A stretch of DNA of 64,000 nucleotides from positions 2,102 through 66,101 of the forward strand of contig JAGFIU010000043.1 of the NCBI GenBank assembly GCA_024103355.1, read 5' to 3'. A program made the position numbers and the translations under genes. The stretch comes from Bacteroidota bacterium (GTDB taxonomy: Bacteria; Bacteroidota; Bacteroidia; NS11-12g; UBA955). Numbering within the stretch: position 1 is the first letter of the stretch; every line of letters begins with the position of its first letter. Below the pieces are notes generated by a model. That model was given only the letters and a program-made list of their open reading frames with translations, did not search any database and was not told the origin of the DNA. Shown one piece after another: positions 46,184 through 56,451 of this stretch.

Positions 46184-48493
46184 CTAAAAATTTGCATTAA
46201 TACTCAATGAAGGCAGTATGGGTAGTTGGTCAACACGCGTAAAACTCACTCTATCAAAATAAAAAACATTATTTCTGTTATAAACGTTCGTTATAGAGAA
46301 TACTGCCCATACTTTAGTATTCTTCTTTTTGTAAAAAATCTTCTCAGCAGAAAAATCTAATCGGTGATAATAAGGTAATCTACCACCATTTAACTGGCCA
46401 TATAGGATTCCTAGATCACCATTGTTCGACAAATAATTAGTACCAATCCCTTGAGACTGGAAATCTAATTTTTCATAATAACCAACAGACTGTGTAAAAG
46501 GGAATCCGGAACCAAGATTCCAGCGTAAATTTAGACTCCAAGTCTTCTTCTTATCGGGAGTATAGGCTAATAAAGTATTTACATTATGTCTTCTATCCCA
46601 ATGTGTCGGATAAGTAATAACCCCATCAAACCTATCCACCCATGTAATTGAATACACAGCCCAAAAATAGAATTTCTTACTCTCATACTTGAATGTAAAA
46701 TCTCCTCCATAAGCATCACCTGATTCAACAATAAAATCTTTCTTTTGAGAATCAGGTTTGTCAGCATAGGCGGGAATATCATCAAACAGTTTATCTCTGT
46801 TGATGTTTGTTAATTGTGGGAATCCTTTATAAAATCCTTCAACATTGATTTCAATATTATCAGTAAGTTCAAATTCAAATCCTGAAACCAAATGCCACGA
46901 TTTTTGTAATCTGGAAGTAACCGGATGACCGTCAAACTCGGCAGGAAGATTATTTGGTCCGGATAAAAAACCATAAAAGAGATTGACAACATCTCTGTCT
47001 GAGATAGCACTCATCAGATTTTGAGAATACATACCTGAAGCAGCTTTAAATCTCACTTTTCGAGAAATATTATATTTGGCGGAAACTCTTGGCTCAATAG
47101 TACGACTCCCCAACGAAGCATATTCTTGGAGACGCAACCCTGCATCAAACAAAAACCGATGTCTAATATACTTATAGAGTACAAAACCAGCAATCTCTGT
47201 GTTGATATTATCTTGAGTTATACGTCTTCCGTTTGAATTAAAAATTTCGAAATCCGTGTTGAATCCGTTTACCTCAAGGCCATATCTGAATTCATCTCTT
47301 TTTAGATAGGAGGTGAAATTAATTCCCAGATTAAACCCTCCCACACCACTTTTTCGGGGTTTTCCATCAGACTCAATTTGCGTCATCATATAATCAGAAT
47401 ATGCTACAAAGCCATCAATTTTGGTTTTGGTTGATTCAGGGATAAACACAAAACGGCTTCCAAATCCATTAGACACCCAATGATAATTGGTGCTATTGGG
47501 AAAATTAACTCTATCATCAAAACGGAACCCAAACAACTTCAGACTGCTGCCATTAGGAGAATGAAACGAGGTTTTTGCATATATATCTGTGAAGTTATAA
47601 GGCAGTTTATCAGAATTAGCATAGGAATAAAAAATTGGTGCACTTTGTTCTAGATAAGACTTCTTGATAGACAGCACATAGGAGCTGCTTCCTGAACCTT
47701 GGACAAATGATTTTAACGGACCTTCAAGTGAAATTTTAGAAAGAAACGGTCCTAAATTGATATTCCCTCCATGTTGAGTTTTGTTTCCATCTCTAGTCTT
47801 AATATCTACAATTGCAGAAATTCTATCTCCGTATTCTGCACCAAAACCAGCCGAATAAACATCTGCTGTCTTTATTAAATCTGCATCAAAAACGGAAAAT
47901 AGGCCAATGGAATGAAAAGGATTGTATATGGTCATCCCATCTAATAAAATTTTATTCATTACAGGAGAACCTCCTCTAATATAAAGCTGTCCACCTTGGT
48001 CTCCGGTAAAAACAACCCCCGGCAGTATTTGTAAATATTGCGCAATATCCGGTGCCCCACCCATTGCAGGCAAGCGTTTTATATCCTTTGCATCAATGGT
48101 AACTTTTGACACTGTAGGGTCTATGCTTCTGTCATTCTTCTTTCCTTTAACTTCTGCTGTATTAAGAGTTTCGGATTTTTGGGTTAGAAATATATTCTGA
48201 ATGACAGTTTGCCCTTGTTTAATATTCACAACAATCTTTGCAGAATCATATCCAATATATGTACAAATTAATGTGTATGAACCTTCTCGTAAATTATTAA
48301 TAGTATAAAATCCATCAAAGTCAGAAGTAGAGCCTCTTTGTGCTTCAACAACATAGATATTTGCCGAAATTATGGCATCTCCTTTGATTCCATCTCTCAC
48401 AATACCCTTTACTTCTCCACTTTCTTGTGCAGAAGCAACGATGGAATTGAACAAAATAAAAAACGTAATAAGTAAAATTCGATTAACTTTCAT
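46184..48493 (-). CDS. TonB-dependent receptor-like outer-membrane beta-barrel with an N-terminal carboxypeptidase-regulatory-like domain and a plug domain
   Basis: 769 aa with a signal peptide. It has a CarbopepD_reg-like segment (VKGIVRDG..EGSYTLICTYIGYD), a plug-like segment (GGAPDIAQYLQILPGVV..GGQLYIRGG) and a C-terminal aromatic residue (..SINANF). Confidence 0.6.
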   Translation of the reverse strand: MKVNRILLITFFILFNSIVASAQESGEVKGIVRDGIKGDAIISANIYVVEAQRGSTSDFDGFYTINNLREGSYTLICTYIGYDSAKIVVNIKQGQTVIQNIFLTQKSETLNTAEVKGKKNDRSIDPTVSKVTIDAKDIKRLPAMGGAPDIAQYLQILPGVVFTGDQGGQLYIRGGSPVMNKILLDGMTIYNPFHSIGLFSVFDADLIKTADVYSAGFGAEYGDRISAIVDIKTRDGNKTQHGGNINLGPFLSKISLEGPLKSFVQGSGSSSYVLSIKKSYLEQSAPIFYSYANSDKLPYNFTDIYAKTSFHSPNGSSLKLFGFRFDDRVNFPNSTNYHWVSNGFGSRFVFIPESTKTKIDGFVAYSDYMMTQIESDGKPRKSGVGGFNLGINFTSYLKRDEFRYGLEVNGFNTDFEIFNSNGRRITQDNINTEIAGFVLYKYIRHRFLFDAGLRLQEYASLGSRTIEPRVSAKYNISRKVRFKAASGMYSQNLMSAISDRDVVNLFYGFLSGPNNLPAEFDGHPVTSRLQKSWHLVSGFEFELTDNIEINVEGFYKGFPQLTNINRDKLFDDIPAYADKPDSQKKDFIVESGDAYGGDFTFKYESKKFYFWAVYSITWVDRFDGVITYPTHWDRRHNVNTLLAYTPDKKKTWSLNLRWNLGSGFPFTQSVGYYEKLDFQSQGIGTNYLSNNGDLGILYGQLNGGRLPYYHRLDFSAEKIFYKKKNTKVWAVFSITNVYNRNNVFYFDRVSFTRVDQLPILPSLSINANF

Positions 48494-48878
48494 TCATCTA
48501 AATTCAAGCCACGAAACAAAAGAAAAAAAGCATTCTAAAACATACTAATAGATGATAATTGAGGAATGTACATATTTATGCCATAAAACCTCATACACTC
48601 AAAACAAATGGAAATCACAGTGTGCTAAGTCAATACTTCTAATAATCTAAGCCTTTATCCGAGAACCGAAAATATCTATACAAATAGCGTATTATAACTC
48701 TTTGTTATTTCTAAATTACTTGTACATTTGCCAACGCAATAAGGACAAGAACATCAGAAAAATTATGTTTTCTACAGAGTCTTATCAGTCAATGAAAAAC
48801 AGCTCAAAGCATAATCTTGTCAATATTTCTAAGACTATCTCAATCAATTTCTTATCAAACTAAAATCACCATTAAGTA

Positions 48879-50492
48879 ATGCGAAGAAAATTTGTATTTA
48901 TTTCAAGTGCCTCATTAATTGTAACCTTTGGATTGGCTTGGTTTCTCAGTCATAATTGGTATGTACTGTTTGCCATCTTGTTAATACTCACGATAATGGG
49001 TTACCAAGACATGATGCAGTCTAAACATGCAATCAGAAGAAACTTTCCGCTAGTTGGGCGTTTACGATATTTGATGGAAGACCTAAGACCCAAACTCTAC
49101 CAATATTTTATTGAGTCCGACATTAACGGACATCCTTTTCATAGAGTGGACCGTTCCACTATTTATCAACGTTCCAAAAAAACCTTACAAACCATACCAT
49201 TTGGGACACAATTTGATGTGTATGCTGAGGGCTACGAATGGATGTGCCATTCAATTGCCCCAAAAGCATTCGATACTCTAAACCATGACCCAAGAGTAAT
49301 GATTGGCAATAAAGATTGTAAACACCCTTATTCTGCAAGTATTCTCAATGTATCAGCAATGAGTTATGGTGCATTAAGTGCAAAAGCAGTTGAGGCAATG
49401 AATGGTGGAGCAAAAATTGGCAACTTTGCCCAAAACACCGGAGAAGGTGGGATAAGCCCATACCACCTCAAACAAGGAGGAGACTTGATTTGGCAAGTAG
49501 GAACAGGTTATTTTGGCTGTCGAGATGAACAAGGGAATTTCAATCCTGAACTTTTTGCAGAAAAGGCAAAGCTACCACAAGTCAAAATGATTGAACTAAA
49601 ACTCTCACAAGGAGCGAAGCCCGGTCATGGTGGAATTCTTCCTGCAATTAAAAACACAGAAGAAATCGCAGCAATAAGACATGTAAAACCTCACACAAAA
49701 ATTGCATCTCCGCCCTACCATTCTGCATTTAATACACCCTATGAAATGGTTCAATTCATTAAGAAATTAAGAGATTTGTCAGATGGGAAGCCCGTAGGAT
49801 TCAAGATATGTATTGGTCATAAAAATGAGTTTATTGCTATTTGCAAAGCAATGATTGAGTTGGATATATATCCTGATTTCATTACGGTTGATGGAGGTGA
49901 AGGCGGAACAGGTGCTGCACCACAAGAATTCTCAAACTATATAGGTGCTCCACTCTTGGATGGGCTTGATTTTGTTCATAATATCCTTACCGGTCTAGGA
50001 ATTCGTAAACATATCAAACTAATTGCCTCCGGAAAAATCACTACCGGATTTCATATTGCAAGAGCCATAGCTCTAGGTGCAGATATCTGTAATTCAGCCA
50101 GAGGAATGATGATTGCTATTGGTTGTATTCAATCATTATTGTGCAATACAAATCGCTGCCCTACCGGTATCACTACACACGACCCTCAATTAACAGCCGG
50201 ATTGGATGTTGCCGATAAAAAAGTTCGTTTAGCTAACTATCATGAAGAAGTGATTAATGCATTTGTTGAAATTTTAGGAGCTTCAGGACTTGATGAGGCA
50301 AAGAATATTACCCGCTCTCATATCTACAGAAGAATCTCACTCAATGAGATGCTTACCTATGAAGAGATTTTCCCCTCAATCAAAGAGGGTTCTATGGCTG
50401 AGGGGATTATTCCCGAAAAATATAAGTTAGATTTTGCTTATGCAGATATTCATAGCTGGGGAATTCCGGTTTCTGCAAATGCTAAATATTAA
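48879..50492 (+). CDS. Glutamate synthase domain-2 family FMN-dependent oxidoreductase (stand-alone GltB-like) with N-terminal TM helices
   Basis: 537 aa. It matches the Glu_synthase central-domain family by sight (..DGGEGGTGAAP.., GxxTG, Cys cluster CNTNRCPTGI for a 4Fe-4S centre). Confidence 0.65.
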   Translation: MRRKFVFISSASLIVTFGLAWFLSHNWYVLFAILLILTIMGYQDMMQSKHAIRRNFPLVGRLRYLMEDLRPKLYQYFIESDINGHPFHRVDRSTIYQRSKKTLQTIPFGTQFDVYAEGYEWMCHSIAPKAFDTLNHDPRVMIGNKDCKHPYSASILNVSAMSYGALSAKAVEAMNGGAKIGNFAQNTGEGGISPYHLKQGGDLIWQVGTGYFGCRDEQGNFNPELFAEKAKLPQVKMIELKLSQGAKPGHGGILPAIKNTEEIAAIRHVKPHTKIASPPYHSAFNTPYEMVQFIKKLRDLSDGKPVGFKICIGHKNEFIAICKAMIELDIYPDFITVDGGEGGTGAAPQEFSNYIGAPLLDGLDFVHNILTGLGIRKHIKLIASGKITTGFHIARAIALGADICNSARGMMIAIGCIQSLLCNTNRCPTGITTHDPQLTAGLDVADKKVRLANYHEEVINAFVEILGASGLDEAKNITRSHIYRRISLNEMLTYEEIFPSIKEGSMAEGIIPEKYKLDFAYADIHSWGIPVSANAKY

Positions 50493-50507
50493 TACTTGAT
50501 AAAACTC

Positions 50508-50541
50508 AAAAAAAGGCGAGATCAACTATCTCGCCTTTTTT
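50508..50541. terminator. Bidirectional terminator between convergent genes
   Basis: A7, then hairpin ggcgagat / atctcgcc (loop caact), then T6. Confidence 0.7.
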
Positions 50542-50552
50542 ATTGGTTCATT

Positions 50553-51146
50553 TCAAAAATTAAATTTCCCTTGAAGCGGTAATAATCTAAAGGATTTTCT
50601 ATGTTCATGGCAAATACCAAACTTAGCAATTCCTTCTCTATGCTGTACTGTTGGATACCCTTTGTTTTTATTCCACCCGTACATAGGAAATTTTTGATGT
50701 GCTTCTTTCATGTACTCATCTCGGTAAGTCTTGGCAAGAATAGATGCAGCGGCAATATTCATAAAACGCGCATCACCTTTGACATGAGTAGCAAAAGGGA
50801 TTTTATTCCATTTTTTGAATCTGTTTCCGTCCACAGAAACGAAGTAGGGTATGGTTGTTAGTTTGCTCAAAGCTTTGTGCATGGCTGAAACCGAAGCCCA
50901 CAAAATATTCAAAGTATCAATTTCTTCTGGTGTACATTGCTCAACTGCCCAAATAGTTTTTGCTTCAATTTCTATTCTTAGAGTATCTCTCTGTTTTTCA
51001 GTCAGTTGTTTAGAATCATTCAATCCTTCAATATTAACTCCTTTGGGTATAATTACAGCAGCAGCAAAGACAGGTCCTGCAAGACAGCCCCTGCCGGCTT
51101 CATCGCATCCTGCTTCATATTTCAACTTGGTAAACTGCTTTTCCAT
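50553..51146 (-). CDS. rnhB: Ribonuclease HII
   Basis: 197 aa with GCDEAGRGCLAGPVFAAAVI and the DDSKQL motif typical of RNase HII. Confidence 0.85.
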   Translation of the reverse strand: MEKQFTKLKYEAGCDEAGRGCLAGPVFAAAVIIPKGVNIEGLNDSKQLTEKQRDTLRIEIEAKTIWAVEQCTPEEIDTLNILWASVSAMHKALSKLTTIPYFVSVDGNRFKKWNKIPFATHVKGDARFMNIAAASILAKTYRDEYMKEAHQKFPMYGWNKNKGYPTVQHREGIAKFGICHEHRKSFRLLPLQGKFNF

Positions 51147-52198
51147 TATTCGAGCAACAACTTTATTTCTGCTAACACTTCCTCTACACTTATTGTTTCC
51201 ATTGAACTTTCTCCTGACTTTGTATTAGAAATGTGGTGGATTACCCTTGCTTTTTGTCCAAAAGGATAAAAGACACCATACGGCACAGGACCAAACAATC
51301 CCACCAAAGGCGTTCCGGCTACATTGGCTATGTGCATGGGGCCGCTATCGTTCCCGACATACAAAGAGGCCCTTTTACAAAATTCAAATAACTGAGTAAG
51401 AGAAAAGGCTCCAGCTAAATTCATAGCCTTATGCTTCATTAATTTAATAAGAGATGCAATACGTTCAGATTCGCTTTTAGCACCTATCAACACAATTTGG
51501 AAACCATACTGTTCAATTAAAATATCTGCTAGCCGAGCAAATCGCTCGTGCGCCCACTCCTTTACAGGCAAATTAGAGGCAGCATGAAGAATAGCAAAGT
51601 GTTGTAGATTGTTTTGGGTTAGAAAATTATCAATAAAATCTTTGTCTGATGGTGATGAAAAAAGTTCCGGTAACGGCATTTCAGACTCTCCCAAAAGAGG
51701 TTTTATTACAAGAAAGTTGGTTTCTCTATCACTCAGATTCCCGGAAGCAGGTCTATAATTGAAGCGTACAGTACCTCTATCCAAACGATAAGACGGAAGA
51801 TACTGCAATGATTTAAGCAATGTCGCTCTTGTTCCTCTGAGCTCTATAACCAATTCATACCTCTTTTTCCAATCAGAAACAGAACAAAAAATAAAGTCCA
51901 CATTGGGGTTGAATTGCATAAAAGTTTTGCAAATAGGTTTGCAAAGCAGGTTTATCTTGGCATTCGGATATTTTTCCCTCAATAATTTAAAAACCGGAGT
52001 AGCGGAAATCATATCTCCAATCTCATCAATTTTAACCACTAAGATTTCTGAAGGTTGTAAACTTTTATTACCAAACAGATTTATACAAGCAGAAAGAAAT
52101 GCATTGGCTGCAAAAAGCATTTTTTCGGGTAAATTGTGTAATAATCTCATTGGAAATATTAACTCAAAATCAGAATGCGAAAATGAAACAAATAACAC
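51146..52198 (-). CDS. Glycosyltransferase family 9 (LPS heptosyltransferase-like)
   Basis: 350 aa with GT9 motifs (ILVVKIDEIGDMISATPVFKLLREKYP; GNDSGPMHIANVAGTPLVGLFGP). It has a 1-nt stop/start overlap with rnhB. Confidence 0.7.
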   Translation of the reverse strand: MLFVSFSHSDFELIFPMRLLHNLPEKMLFAANAFLSACINLFGNKSLQPSEILVVKIDEIGDMISATPVFKLLREKYPNAKINLLCKPICKTFMQFNPNVDFIFCSVSDWKKRYELVIELRGTRATLLKSLQYLPSYRLDRGTVRFNYRPASGNLSDRETNFLVIKPLLGESEMPLPELFSSPSDKDFIDNFLTQNNLQHFAILHAASNLPVKEWAHERFARLADILIEQYGFQIVLIGAKSESERIASLIKLMKHKAMNLAGAFSLTQLFEFCKRASLYVGNDSGPMHIANVAGTPLVGLFGPVPYGVFYPFGQKARVIHHISNTKSGESSMETISVEEVLAEIKLLLE

Positions 52199-52267
52199 AA
52201 ATTATCGTTGAGATAAAAAGTCACCATATCGTTGCGAAAATAATGGTGATTTTGGGATAATTTTGAC

Positions 52268-53434
52268 GTGGTGAATATTTTTTACACAAAGAAGCTTATC
52301 AAAATAGGTTTGTTTATAGGCGCACTGCTTATAGGAGCATTCTCACTTATTTATACAAACAACATGGTGAAGAAGCTTCGAATAGAGGAGCAGAAAAAAA
52401 TAGCGATTTGGGCAAAAGCACAAGAACAACTTGCCACTGCTGAAGAAGAATCCGAACTCAGTTTTTTTTATAGTATTGTAGAAGACAACAAGACAATTCC
52501 TGTTATTCTTGAGTCAAATGACGGTAGGCTCACTTACCGGAACTTAGATTCAAAAAAAGCAAAGGATCCACAATATGTGAAAGAAAAATTAGAAGAAATG
52601 AAGAATGGCTATCCACCTATAACAATAATCGTTATGGGCGAGGAAGTAGGTCATTTATATTACAGTGATTCCTATATTCTAACACAACTTCAAAACTACC
52701 CTATCTATCAGTTAGGGATCGTTTCTCTTTTTATTTTTGTTTCCTATTTTGCATTTTCAATTGCTAGAAAATCTGAACAGAATAAAGTGTGGGTAGGGCT
52801 TGCAAAGGAAACAGCACATCAATTAGGAACCCCTATCTCTTCTCTTATGGCTTGGACAGAATTATTGGAAATGGATGCTGAACAAGCTACTCCCGAATCT
52901 TTTCAAGAGATGAAAAAAGATATAAATAGATTAATGGTTATTACTGAAAGGTTTTCAAAAATTGGTTCAGAGCCGGAATTGTTAGTACAAAACATCAATT
53001 CAATACTTGATGAATCTATTAAATACATGAAAACTCGAAGTTCTGATAAAATTGAATATGTATTTGTAGAAAGGCATAAAGATTTATTAGTTAGATTAAA
53101 CAAAGCTTTGTTTGAGTGGGTAATTGAAAATATATGCAAAAATGCCATAGATGCAATGGGGGGGAGCGGAAAAATTACGATTAGTATCTTTCTACTTCGA
53201 CAGCGAATATTTATTGATTTTACAGATATTGGGAAGGGAATACCACCCAATAAATTCAAAACAATCTTTAGACCAGGTTATACTACAAAGAAACGGGGAT
53301 GGGGTCTTGGGTTATCTCTAGTTAAAAGAATTGTTACAGAATACCATAAGGGGAAGATTTTTGTAAAAGAGTCAATACCTAATGAAAAAACTACGATTCG
53401 AATTATCCTAAAATGTGAAAGCGCACCCGTATAA
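52268..53434 (+). CDS. Sensor histidine kinase (two TMs, about 115-aa periplasmic loop, HisKA + HATPase_c)
   Basis: 388 aa with H-box AHQLGTPISS, an N-box region (NAIDAM) and G-boxes (GKGIPP; GWGLGLSLVKRIV). Confidence 0.7.
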   Translation: MVNIFYTKKLIKIGLFIGALLIGAFSLIYTNNMVKKLRIEEQKKIAIWAKAQEQLATAEEESELSFFYSIVEDNKTIPVILESNDGRLTYRNLDSKKAKDPQYVKEKLEEMKNGYPPITIIVMGEEVGHLYYSDSYILTQLQNYPIYQLGIVSLFIFVSYFAFSIARKSEQNKVWVGLAKETAHQLGTPISSLMAWTELLEMDAEQATPESFQEMKKDINRLMVITERFSKIGSEPELLVQNINSILDESIKYMKTRSSDKIEYVFVERHKDLLVRLNKALFEWVIENICKNAIDAMGGSGKITISIFLLRQRIFIDFTDIGKGIPPNKFKTIFRPGYTTKKRGWGLGLSLVKRIVTEYHKGKIFVKESIPNEKTTIRIILKCESAPV

Positions 53435-53477
53435 GAGTATAAAAAACGTATTTCAAATCACGTAAAATAATATTTTA

Positions 53478-54419
53478 CTATCTGACAAAGGGACTTTTTA
53501 ATTTCTTTAACCACTTCTTCCACCTATAATACGAATACTTAAACATCCAAGCAAAACCAAAGGTTGAGAAGAAACTAAATGCCGCATAAACCAATGCAGG
53601 TTTTTCCATTTCAGAACTATCAAGTAGTGTTCCGGCAATAAGTAGCGCCATTGCTGTGTTCTGCAATCCCACTTCAATTAAAATTGTAAGCCTATTTCTA
53701 AAATTGACATTAACCAGAGAGCCTGCAATATAGCCAAAGAACATCCCAACAAAGTTTATTAAAAGTCCCGGAGCCATCATATATAAAAACTCGCTACCCT
53801 CCAGTTTTGTCCCTCCAATATCCTTATTGGCAAATATCTTAACAGAAAAAATAAAAAATAGCAACAGTGGCAATATATAGCGCAAAATCGGTCTTGCTCT
53901 CTTGGCAATATTCTTAAACTTCGCTCTCACCATGACTCCAATTATAGTTGGCAATACTGTAATAAAAAATATAGTAAGAAATGTTTCCCAAAATGGGAGT
54001 CTGAACTTGATTGCATTTTCATGCATAAAGAAGTCGAGTGCAAGATTAGTAAATATTGGGACTGTGATAAGCGTAATTACTGCGTTAAAAACAGACATTG
54101 AGATAGACAATGCGGTATTGCCATTCATTAAAAAACTTAAAAGGTTAGAACTGATTCCCGAAGGGCAAATAGTAATAATAAAAAAACCAACTTTTAATAC
54201 AGGGTCCAAATCCAAAAATTGCATGATTAGTACCGCAGATAATGGAAGTAGAATTATCTGCGAGAAAAGACCTATCGTGAGTGATTTGGGATTAAGAAAG
54301 AGATTGGAAAACTCATGTTTGGTAAGAGTAATTCCTAAGCTGAATGTAATCAATGCGAGAGTTACATTAACTAAGATATCAATATTTTCAATACTTGCAA
54401 ACATGATGAATCGGTGCAA
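53478..54419 (-). CDS. Bile acid:sodium symporter (BASS) family transporter
   Basis: 313-aa polytopic protein with a BASS-like signature EVGLQNTAMALLIAG. Confidence 0.5.
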   Translation of the reverse strand: MHRFIMFASIENIDILVNVTLALITFSLGITLTKHEFSNLFLNPKSLTIGLFSQIILLPLSAVLIMQFLDLDPVLKVGFFIITICPSGISSNLLSFLMNGNTALSISMSVFNAVITLITVPIFTNLALDFFMHENAIKFRLPFWETFLTIFFITVLPTIIGVMVRAKFKNIAKRARPILRYILPLLLFFIFSVKIFANKDIGGTKLEGSEFLYMMAPGLLINFVGMFFGYIAGSLVNVNFRNRLTILIEVGLQNTAMALLIAGTLLDSSEMEKPALVYAAFSFFSTFGFAWMFKYSYYRWKKWLKKLKSPFVR

Positions 54420-54420
54420 A

Positions 54421-55113
54421 TTATAGAAATATTAATTTAAAAAAAGAAAAAATAAAGACTAATCCAATGATAATAAAGACACCTCCGAAATATCTATTCA
54501 AATGATAAAATGTTCTGTGACCAATTTTTCGACCAATAAAATCAGCAGTTACAACCTTCAATATATCCATTAAATAGAGCATAAGTAATATTCCTAATAG
54601 ATTTAAAATAAGGTTGGTTCTATAATCATTACCTGAGCTATATTTTAAACTGATTGCTCCCAAAACATTAAACCATAGTACAAAAGTAAATGGATTTATT
54701 AGATTAAGACTAAAACCACTCAGTAGGCTTTTTCCTCCTTTTGTCCTCTCTCTATAAGATTGAAGAAAAAGTCTATACGAACTCTTAACGTATTTCATTC
54801 CCAAAACAATCATAGCAATGCCTGCCCCCAAGCTATATAATTGCTCAAAATAAACATTTTCAAACAAACCGGACAATCCATATATCAACAATAACACTAC
54901 CACAAAATCACTCAATACCACACCTGTAGCCAACCACCATCCTTTGAACTTCCCCGACTGCATACTCACATTCAATAGCTTGAAAAAAGCCGGTCCGAAA
55001 AGCAGCAATGAAATCACAACACCTTCAAGCAGTCCGTTAAAGAATGGTAATAGCATAATATGAATCAGCCCGTAAAGAACGCAAAGATTGAGGATATTTT
55101 TGTAACTTCGCAA
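54421..55113 (-). CDS. LysE/RhtB-type small-molecule exporter-like membrane protein
   Basis: 230 aa with about six TMs. The N-terminal ..LLLFGPAFF.. region resembles the LysE motif. Weak call. Confidence 0.35.
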   Translation of the reverse strand: MRSYKNILNLCVLYGLIHIMLLPFFNGLLEGVVISLLLFGPAFFKLLNVSMQSGKFKGWWLATGVVLSDFVVVLLLIYGLSGLFENVYFEQLYSLGAGIAMIVLGMKYVKSSYRLFLQSYRERTKGGKSLLSGFSLNLINPFTFVLWFNVLGAISLKYSSGNDYRTNLILNLLGILLMLYLMDILKVVTADFIGRKIGHRTFYHLNRYFGGVFIIIGLVFIFSFFKLIFL

Positions 55114-55134
55114 TGAAACTTATTTTTAAATAAT

Positions 55135-55551
55135 ATGACTATCCACAATCTCATTCTTCACCATCGTCAAGGGATGGAATTTGACACAGAAATCAACGGG
55201 TTTCCGCTTGTTCTCAATAGTGAGAATCTAACCAATGGCGAACCGGCAGGTATTTCACCTAAAAAATTATTACTTGCCGCTCTGAGCGGCTGCACAGCAA
55301 TGGATGTCAAAAGCCTGCTGGACAAAATGAGGGTTGAATTCTCGGATTTCTCGGTTTCTGTTGAAGCACCCTTAGGCGATGAACATCCAAAAACTTATCT
55401 TAAATATAGTATTGTTTACAAAATCAGAATAAATCAAAAAGACAGGGACAAAATGGAGAAAGCAGTGAATTTGTCAATGGAAAGATATTGTGGCGTAAGT
55501 GCTATGCTAAGAAAATCAGCTCCCGTTAATTATAAGATAGAATATCTATAA
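55135..55551 (+). CDS. OsmC/Ohr-family peroxiredoxin-like protein
   Basis: 138 aa with the conserved LAALSGCTAMDV cysteine motif and a second Cys (RYCGVSA). Confidence 0.7.
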   Translation: MTIHNLILHHRQGMEFDTEINGFPLVLNSENLTNGEPAGISPKKLLLAALSGCTAMDVKSLLDKMRVEFSDFSVSVEAPLGDEHPKTYLKYSIVYKIRINQKDRDKMEKAVNLSMERYCGVSAMLRKSAPVNYKIEYL

Positions 55552-55584
55552 GAAAGCAAGGTTTGACAGCGCCTTAACAATATA

Positions 55585-56451
55585 TCATAAAATCGTAATC
55601 ATGGCAATTTGAACCATGAAAACATAGACCCAAACTACGGCAATAAAACCATCAAATCGATCCCAGATACCGCCATGTCCGGGAAGTAAATTACCACTGT
55701 CCTTAGCTCCTACCATTCGCTTTACTGCCGATTGAATTAAATCTCCAATGGTGGCAGCCGTACCGAAGATGATTCCGGCATAAATATGAGTGTACCAAGG
55801 TATCTGATTTTCAAATAATCCAAATCTAATCATTAGATAAGATGCAAGACCGCAAAATAGAATCCCGGAAATAAAACCCTCAATCGTTTTGTTTGGAGAA
55901 ATCTTGGGCATGAGCTTGTGTTTTCCAAAGGTTTTACCCCCCAAATAAGCAAAAGTATCATTGCTCCACACCACAATCAACAGATAAAGAAGCAACTGAT
56001 AATTGTACCTGCCTTCATTCGTATCCACCAACGGGACAAGAAGAATGAACGGATAAACAAAATAAAGATAGCCCAAACCCAAAAGACCTGCTGAAGAAAA
56101 AACATCCTTTTTGAGCGCAAAAAGGTTGTATAATAACAAACATAAAGAAAGGGCAATAAAAAGACCTAATGCGGGTATTTTAAATTCTCCTATAAAAACA
56201 GCATACACAAGCAGTATCAATCCTCCTGTAATCGCTCCAAAATAAGGGTTCACTTTATTTTCTTGCTCTTTATACAATTTCAAAAATTCAAATAAACTCA
56301 AAGCACTTATTAATACAATCAATACCCGAAAACTCTCAACTCTCCAAAGTACTGCCCCCAACACCACTGCAACAAACACTATTCCCGTAAGTGCTCTTTG
56401 CATGAAATTACTCATCTTCACCTCCTGCTTCGTTTTGTTCTTCGACCTCAA
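55585..56451 (-). CDS. cdsA: Phosphatidate cytidylyltransferase
   Basis: 288-aa polytopic protein with the CTP_transf_1 C-terminal signature (SAVKRMVGAKDSGNLLPGHGGIWDRFDG). Confidence 0.75.
   Translation of the reverse strand: MRSKNKTKQEVKMSNFMQRALTGIVFVAVVLGAVLWRVESFRVLIVLISALSLFEFLKLYKEQENKVNPYFGAITGGLILLVYAVFIGEFKIPALGLFIALSLCLLLYNLFALKKDVFSSAGLLGLGYLYFVYPFILLVPLVDTNEGRYNYQLLLYLLIVVWSNDTFAYLGGKTFGKHKLMPKISPNKTIEGFISGILFCGLASYLMIRFGLFENQIPWYTHIYAGIIFGTAATIGDLIQSAVKRMVGAKDSGNLLPGHGGIWDRFDGFIAVVWVYVFMVQIAMITIL

Noticed and set aside
48494-48878. Cobalamin or other riboswitch in the 385-bp leader upstream of the TonB-dependent-receptor-like gene
   Set aside because: I read the minus-strand leader. 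It has no B12-box-like GCCACTG/AGGGAA core and no convincing conserved stem architecture, only AT-rich sequence.
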